Source: Adineta steineri (taxonomy: Eukaryota). Taken from it: 15,081 nt of DNA. The stretch is from positions 31,407-46,487 of the forward strand of contig CAJNOI010000487.1 of NCBI GenBank assembly GCA_905250115.1, read 5' to 3'. Made by a program: the position numbers and the translations under genes. The notes beneath the pieces were generated by a model. That model ran no database searches and was not told the DNA's origin. It was given only the letters and a program-made list of their open reading frames with translations. Within the stretch, counting starts at the first letter, position 1; each line of letters opens with the position of its first letter. Of the stretch, positions 10,002-15,081 are shown one piece after another.

Positions 10002-10982
10002 CTACGTGTTGCTTTCAATAGTCATTTCAGTAATAACTCGATGTTGTCGTCGACACCACAGAAATTTCTTTTTGAATTCATCTCGTAATTCAGATAGTGA
10101 TCCAAAACACACAAATGGAAATAGAAAAATAACATAATTCCGAAAATATAGTCCGTAAAACGTGTATATTCTTGTAATATTCGGTGGCAAACCATATTGA
10201 GAAGCAAAAAGTATAAATACCCATGGAGAATTAAACGCTAAATAAAGAGCCGAAATTGATAACAACTGAATAGTCATCTTGCGATATTTTCGCCATTGAA
10301 TTCGTTGATTCACTCTTTGTTTTTGTTGTAGAGCACGTATAATAAGAGTAATACTAAATATCACAATAATTAAAGTTGGAATAACTTGATGTCCAAGAAG
10401 TTCCCACATAGCTAACACTTTATTGCCATATACACACGGAATTATGTAACCTCCCGCTAAGAAGGAAACAAATGAATTTTTACAAAATGGACCAAAGGTG
10501 GTTACAGAATAATAGACAAGAGTATAGATCAAGATTGAAATTATTGGTAGATAATGAACGAAGAAGCGTCTCTGTTTCGTAGATATCCAATGATCATGAT
10601 ATATGAGTATATGTCTTTCAAGAGTAGCCCAAGCGAATAATATTATTTGAGTAGTAAACGTTGCGTAGTCGAAGAAATATGATGAAAGATAAAAATCAGG
10701 TGTCTGTATCAAAGCAACACCAAACCGTTGACGGTAAAGAATCCATGGTACACTGGTGATTTCATTTATGAGACCAATAAAAAGAGAGACAATGATAACA
10801 TGATTGTTTAGTGCACGACGTAGTGCCCCATCAAAAAAAAGATAATATAGAACGAATAGAGAACAAGCAATGGATAAAGCATCGGATATAAGATATGTCC
10901 AAAATCGAACTGGAACAGGAATGTTGTTTATTGCCAAAGTATTTTCAGTTCCATTCAAAGAAGTGCTGCTAGAGTTTGTCAT
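10002..10982 (-). CDS. Rhodopsin-like 7TM G-protein-coupled receptor (divergent, intronless)
   Basis: 326 aa with N-glycosylation sites at the N terminus (MTNSSSTSLNGTEN) and seven hydrophobic segments. TM3 ends LFAWATLERHILIYHD (ERH in place of DRY), and a basic third loop (QQKQRVNQRIQWRKYRKMTIQLL) precedes TM6. Confidence 0.85.
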   Translation of the reverse strand: MTNSSSTSLNGTENTLAINNIPVPVRFWTYLISDALSIACSLFVLYYLFFDGALRRALNNHVIIVSLFIGLINEITSVPWILYRQRFGVALIQTPDFYLSSYFFDYATFTTQIILFAWATLERHILIYHDHWISTKQRRFFVHYLPIISILIYTLVYYSVTTFGPFCKNSFVSFLAGGYIIPCVYGNKVLAMWELLGHQVIPTLIIVIFSITLIIRALQQKQRVNQRIQWRKYRKMTIQLLSISALYLAFNSPWVFILFASQYGLPPNITRIYTFYGLYFRNYVIFLFPFVCFGSLSELRDEFKKKFLWCRRQHRVITEMTIESNT

Positions 10983-11232
10983 GATTTAAAAGAATATAGA
11001 ATAATAAATGAATTAAAATGAATTCAGTATTTTTGTTTGATCATGTCTTTTATTGTTAAATCGTGCGAATATAGCATTCTGTTGCACGGAAATCTTGTAA
11101 TGTTTCAAAAGAATCAAAGGTTTAGTTAAACAGGATTTATGCTCAAAAAAACACACACTTCTCATAAATAATACAGCACGAACCTATCCAGAAATAGAGG
11201 ATTTAATTAACACAAATAATTAAAAATAATTA

Positions 11233-11436
11233 TCAGAATATCAAGAACATCAACATACTATAATTGCTTCCTATTGGTGGTATTTGATCTGGATATGCAG
11301 GTTTTCCATCAGTTCTACCTAAGGATGTTAAATCAATGATACCTTTTGAATGTTCAAATCGACATGGATCATCAGCAACAATTAAGGTACTGAGAGCAAT
11401 TAGAAGACTTATAAAACTCTTTAACCAAATTACCAT
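11233..11436 (-). pseudogene. First-exon remnant of a secreted protein, possibly mannose-6-phosphate-receptor-homology (MRH)-like
   Basis: Signal peptide MVIWLKSFISLLIALSTLIVA is followed by DDPCRFEHSKGIIDLTSLGRTDGKPAYPDQIPPIGSNY. A possible 5' splice site (ATTATA|GTATGT) follows, but no in-phase continuation is visible before the GPCR start at 10982. The ORF-track start at 11469 is non-ATG; the first in-frame ATG is at 11436. Confidence 0.45.
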
Positions 11437-11640
11437 TGTAATAACAACCTTGTTTTCAAATAAAATCAAGTAAATATCATATATATATACACCTTTTATA
11501 TATATATATTTAGTTTTAACTTTTGTTATTCATATCATATTCTTGTATACAGATTAAAATTTTTCATTTTTCACCATTGTATTCAAACAACATGTTTTTG
11601 ACGGGTCATGTGATGGAAACCAAACACGCTTTAGAATTAA

Positions 11641-11742
11641 AAGGACTAGAGGGAGCTAAAAAGACTAAAAGGATTAAAAGGACTAAAAGGATTAAAAGGA
11701 CTAAAGGGCCTAAAAAGACTAAAAGGACTAAAGGGAATTAAA
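11641..11742 (+). repeat. 9-bp minisatellite (GACTAAAAG / GATTAAAAG)n, ~9-11 imperfect units
   Basis: AAAAAGACTAAAAGGATTAAAAGGACTAAAAGGATTAAAAGGACTAAAGGGCCTAAAAAGACTAAAAGGACTAAAGGG; the in-frame reading gives (K-R/G-T/I)n. Confidence 0.85.
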
Positions 11743-12114
11743 AGTTGTTAAAATTTATAAAGAAAACTAAAACAGGATAAGTTTTATTTTTCCTGGTTTC
11801 CTCTAAAACATGGATTATGGACTCTTGTTTGGCTCACAGCATTTTTGGTTCACTTCACATGACCTTTTTGTTGATGGTTCATACGAAAGATGATATGAAT
11901 ATCGATCTTTTTTTTGCCTATACCTTCGCTCTTTAATTTTACAACGCTGTGATCATCACACTTGTTTTGTCGATAATAAAAAGAACCTATCTCGAATATA
12001 TGCTTATCATTCTGTTAATAAACCATATTAAATCTAAGAAGCATAGAAAAAAGACAATTATTAATATATTTAAGTAATATTCAATTTTCTTCATCAATGC
12101 CTTTAAATTGTGAA

Positions 12115-12184
12115 AGTTTGAGGGTGTGAGTGTCAGTTGATCATAGTACTACCATATCAAAACTCACACTCGCATCCTTAAGAT
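12115..12184. repeat. Hairpin element copy 6
   Basis: AAGTTTGAGGGTGTGAGTGTCAGT ... AACTCACACTCGCATCCTTAAGAT; the reverse complement of the right arm is ATCTTAAGGATGCGAGTGTGAGTT. Confidence 0.75.
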
Positions 12185-12945
12185 ATTATCTATAGAACTC
12201 TGAATATCAAACGTAACGATCAAGCTCTTTTTGAATCACTCTACTGGTCGAAACTTTATGGCATAACTCAAAACATTTATACAAACACTGTTTATTCATT
12301 ATATGTCTAGTTTATGTGTACCATTTAAACAGGATTCCTATATATATTTGAACAATGCACTTTACTCTTTCAAATCATCTCCAAAATTTTCTTCATGAAA
12401 TGGTCCGAGGGCTAATACATATCTCAGAAAAATGCACAGATGAACCGATTGACATACTTATTCATGTCTGGACTTTGATTTTCTGACAAATTTGGTTTTT
12501 ATAAAAAGATAGTCAAATTAAAACAATATTGTTATCGAGAGATACTGAAGTTGTGTATATTTCTATCGTTTAGATCGCTATATACCTCAATTCAGTTTAA
12601 TAGAAAGGAAGGTATTTTTCTTTTTATGACTTTGACGGAAAATTAAATTCCACCATCAACTCTTTTTTTAGATATAATTTTTCTCACGTATTATTTATCA
12701 CATAAAAGTAAAGTGAGAGAAAAAAAAAGATCGTTCATCTTGAGCATTCATATATTTTTTCCACCTGTCAGGTATTTCATTACCATAGATAGAGAGAAAG
12801 ATCTCTCTGTTTAAATGTGTTTTATTTTATATCTTGTGTTTAATCATTCATATAACGGAATAAACACTTCTTCTGCTAGTAATAAATTCGTTATCTTTTA
12901 GCTCATTATTCTCTTTCTCGTAGAGAAGAGTCCAGTAATCATAAA

Positions 12946-12967
12946 TTGTTTGCTTGCTTGCTTGATT
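12946..12967. repeat. Short (TTGC)n microsatellite
   Basis: TTGTTTGCTTGCTTGCTTGATTG. Confidence 0.6.
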
Positions 12968-13009
12968 GTATGTCCGCAGGGTCAAAAAAACATTGAAATT
13001 TAATTTTTC

Positions 13010-13460
13010 AGATACTTCCGGAAAACTTTGACCGGGGGGTAATCGAGGGCGGGGAACTTGAATCTGAGATTAATTTATTAAAATTAATTAGTTAACAATC
13101 AGTTAATAGTTAATATTATTAATTTTGGAAAAAAGTTTGACCGAAGGGTAATCGAGTGCCAGGAATTCGAATGTGAGGTTAATTTTACTTAAAAATCAAT
13201 TAATAATTAATTAACATTATTAATCTTAAAGATAGTTCCAAGAAAGTTTTACCAGAGGGTAATTCGAGAATCGATTTTTTAGAAAAGACATTTTTGGGAC
13301 ATTTCGATGCGGAGACTTCGAATCTGATGTTAGTTTTATAAAATAATTTTATGGATCACTTTTTTAGGGAGAGTACCAATTTTTATAAAAAAAAAAATTT
13401 CATAAGGGGTGACCGAAGGATAAGCGGGATGGAAGAACACAAATCTGGTGTTAATTTTTC
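13010..13460. repeat. Diverged ~110 bp tandem array, three to four units with AT-rich linkers
   Basis: The motif TTTGACCGnnGGGTAATCGAGnnCnnGGAAnTnGAATnTGAGnTTAATTTT recurs from 13027 and 13136. Degenerate copies start at 13247 (TTTTACCAGAGGGTAATTCGAG ... GGAGACTTCGAATCTGATGTTAGTTTT) and at ~13408 (GGTGACCGAAGGATAAGCG ... ACAAATCTGGTGTTAATTTTT). AGATA[C/G]TTCC recurs at 13010 and 13230. Confidence 0.75.
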
Positions 13461-14180
13461 CAAACTGTATAAGCAGAAAGTTTAGTATTGTAGAATACAA
13501 TTTCTACGAGAAAGAGCTGAGCGAGTCCGCAGACGAGCGTTACTTGTTAGTATGAAATTGATTATAATGTTTTTCTTTTCTAACTTATTGTTAAGCCAGA
13601 AAATCAAACCATACATGCCAAAAGTAATGAGATTATTATATATTTTTTGATTTTTTCTTTTTGTTGCTTTGTTATAGAACTTTTTGTCATAAGGTTCTCT
13701 GCTTACTTTATAATCTAATCATTTTTTTTCGTTTTATTGCAATATGATGTTTCTTATTTTTTATCCATTATTGTAATTATGTAAAAAACTTATAACAGTT
13801 ATCTAGTCACATTTTTATGCTTAGTATATTTGCAATACTTCAAGTTGTATTTAAGATTTGACTAAGATAGAATGCGTATTTTGATGGTCTTCAATAATAG
13901 TGACGATTACCAATGAAATTGTATGTTTAATCAAACTTAAACAAATTTAGTCGACAGTAGGAAATTAGAATTCGATTTTATAAATAGTTTTTTCAACTGA
14001 GGAGAATCATATGAAATAAATTGTCATTGTATGTATCTGTCTTTGCTCGCATGTATATTATTACATGTACATATCAATTATTGAAGATTTGAAAATAAGC
14101 ATGAAGCAATTTCAGTTTTCTTTTTTCTTTCGGTTAAAAAGTCTATTTCACGAGAACAACAATTTCTTTTATAACTTGGT

Positions 14181-14235
14181 GAATGGATGTAGATGTGAAC
14201 ATCTATTGTTTTAGCTCAGACCCACACCCTTTTTT
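14181..14235. repeat. Possible decayed/half hairpin element (C-rich arm only)
   Basis: CTCAGACCCACACCCTTTTTTTT at ~14215-14237; only a weak G-rich partner upstream (GGATGTAGATGTG). Confidence 0.35.
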
Positions 14236-14572
14236 TTAGAGTGTACAGTGTGGAAACTAACATAAGTGAGAAAACAAACGATTTCGGCTTGCTACATACT
14301 TCTTTACAAGAAATGCAACATCAAAGTATCCATAGAAAGACTTTTCTTCTTAAGCTTGATTTCTATTAGTTCATACTTACATCTTCCCTCACCTTCCCCC
14401 GTCCTGATTTGTCTGACTAAATAGATCTCAGATTCGGATTCTCTGACTTCAAAAACGTTTCGGTCATGTTTTATAACGTATTATGTGTATTTCACCTTGG
14501 TTATTTTTTAACATTGACAACCACATACATACAAACGCATTTTATTTCATATTACTCTTCCTACAGTCGAGT

Positions 14573-14683
14573 GAATAAAATAAAATAGAGTCATATAATA
14601 CAATAAAATAAAATAGAATCAGATAAAATAAAATAGAATCATATAACACAATAAAGCAAATGCAATAAGATAAAATAAAATAA
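14573..14683. repeat. AT-rich minisatellite based on AATAAAATAAAATAGARTCAKAT
   Basis: AATAAAATAAAATAGAGTCATATAAAC / AATAAAATAAAATAGAATCAGAT / AAAATAAAATAGAATCATATAAC, then degenerate units. Confidence 0.8.
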
Positions 14684-14744
14684 AAGGGTGTAGGTGTGAG
14701 TATTGGTGAATAGATACCTATACTAACACCCACACCCTAAAAAG
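14680..14744. repeat. Hairpin element copy 7
   Basis: AAAAGGGTGTAGGTGTGAGTATTGG ... CCTATACTAACACCCACACCCTAAAAA; the arms complement over ~23-25 nt with a few mismatches. Confidence 0.85.
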
Positions 14745-14770
14745 TAAAACAGGTATGTTGTATAAATAGT

Positions 14771-14998
14771 GTATCGACGATAGCTGATTGCTAGTTTTCT
14801 TTTTAGGTTGCACGACAACGACGCACATCATACCGAAACTCGACCTTTATAATATATCATTATCGAATATGTTGTATCAATACAGTTTGTCGATAATAAC
14901 TAATTGCTAGTTTTCTTTTTGGATGCATGGTACAGACGCACATCATACCGAAACTCGAACTTTATAATATATCATTATCATTATCGAACATTATAAAG
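14771..14998. repeat. ~116 bp direct tandem duplication (two diverged copies)
   Basis: Shared GTMTCGACGATARCTGATTGCTAGTTTTCTTTTT and GACGCACATCATACCGAAACTCGAMCTTTATAATATATCATTATC; TTGCTAGTTTTCTTTTT starts at 14788 and 14904. Confidence 0.9.
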
Positions 14999-15081
14999 TA
15001 GTTAGTTTTTTTAATACTCAACTACTCACCTTTCCCCAGGTCGATGATTCCTGAAGCAGTACTCCATGAAATTTCCGGAAT

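Noticed and set aside
2469-14744. CRISPR array interpretation of the recurrent GGGTGTG motifs
   Set aside because: Copies are kilobases apart, self-complementary, without regular spacers or cas genes, in a eukaryotic context.
14771-14998. tRNA or snRNA pair
   Set aside because: The tandem duplication has no cloverleaf, A/B boxes or Sm site that I can identify.

Overview
AT-rich eukaryotic window. Short 54-55 bp introns, a transmembrane/Thr-rich/NHL protein, a divergent 7TM receptor and TGTGGG-type motifs together suggest a bdelloid rotifer; this is an inference, not a search result. Supportable genes are: (1) a single-exon secreted, probably GPI-anchored, Cys-rich protein with two ~255-aa internal repeats resembling Ly6/uPAR folds (3448-5361, +); (2) a spliced type II membrane protein with a six-unit NHL propeller, which I reconstruct as four exons (6995-9429, +); (3) an intronless 7TM GPCR-like gene (10002-10982, -); (4) a signal-peptide first-exon remnant of a possible MRH-like protein (11233-11436, -). 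The most interesting non-coding signal is a dispersed family of 50-95 bp hairpins. Their 5' arms are G-rich (GGGTGTGGGTGTG), their 3' arms are C-rich (CACACCCACACCC), and some share an outer ATCTTGAGGG end. There are six or more clear copies, always in 5' G-rich/3' C-rich polarity, lying in intergenic or 3'-flanking DNA. The core is a permutation of TGTGGG, the reported bdelloid telomere-type repeat. Also present are a 276 bp foldback/MITE-like element (990-1265), a diverged ~110 bp tandem array (13010-13460), a ~116 bp tandem duplication (14771-14998), and several mini- or microsatellites.
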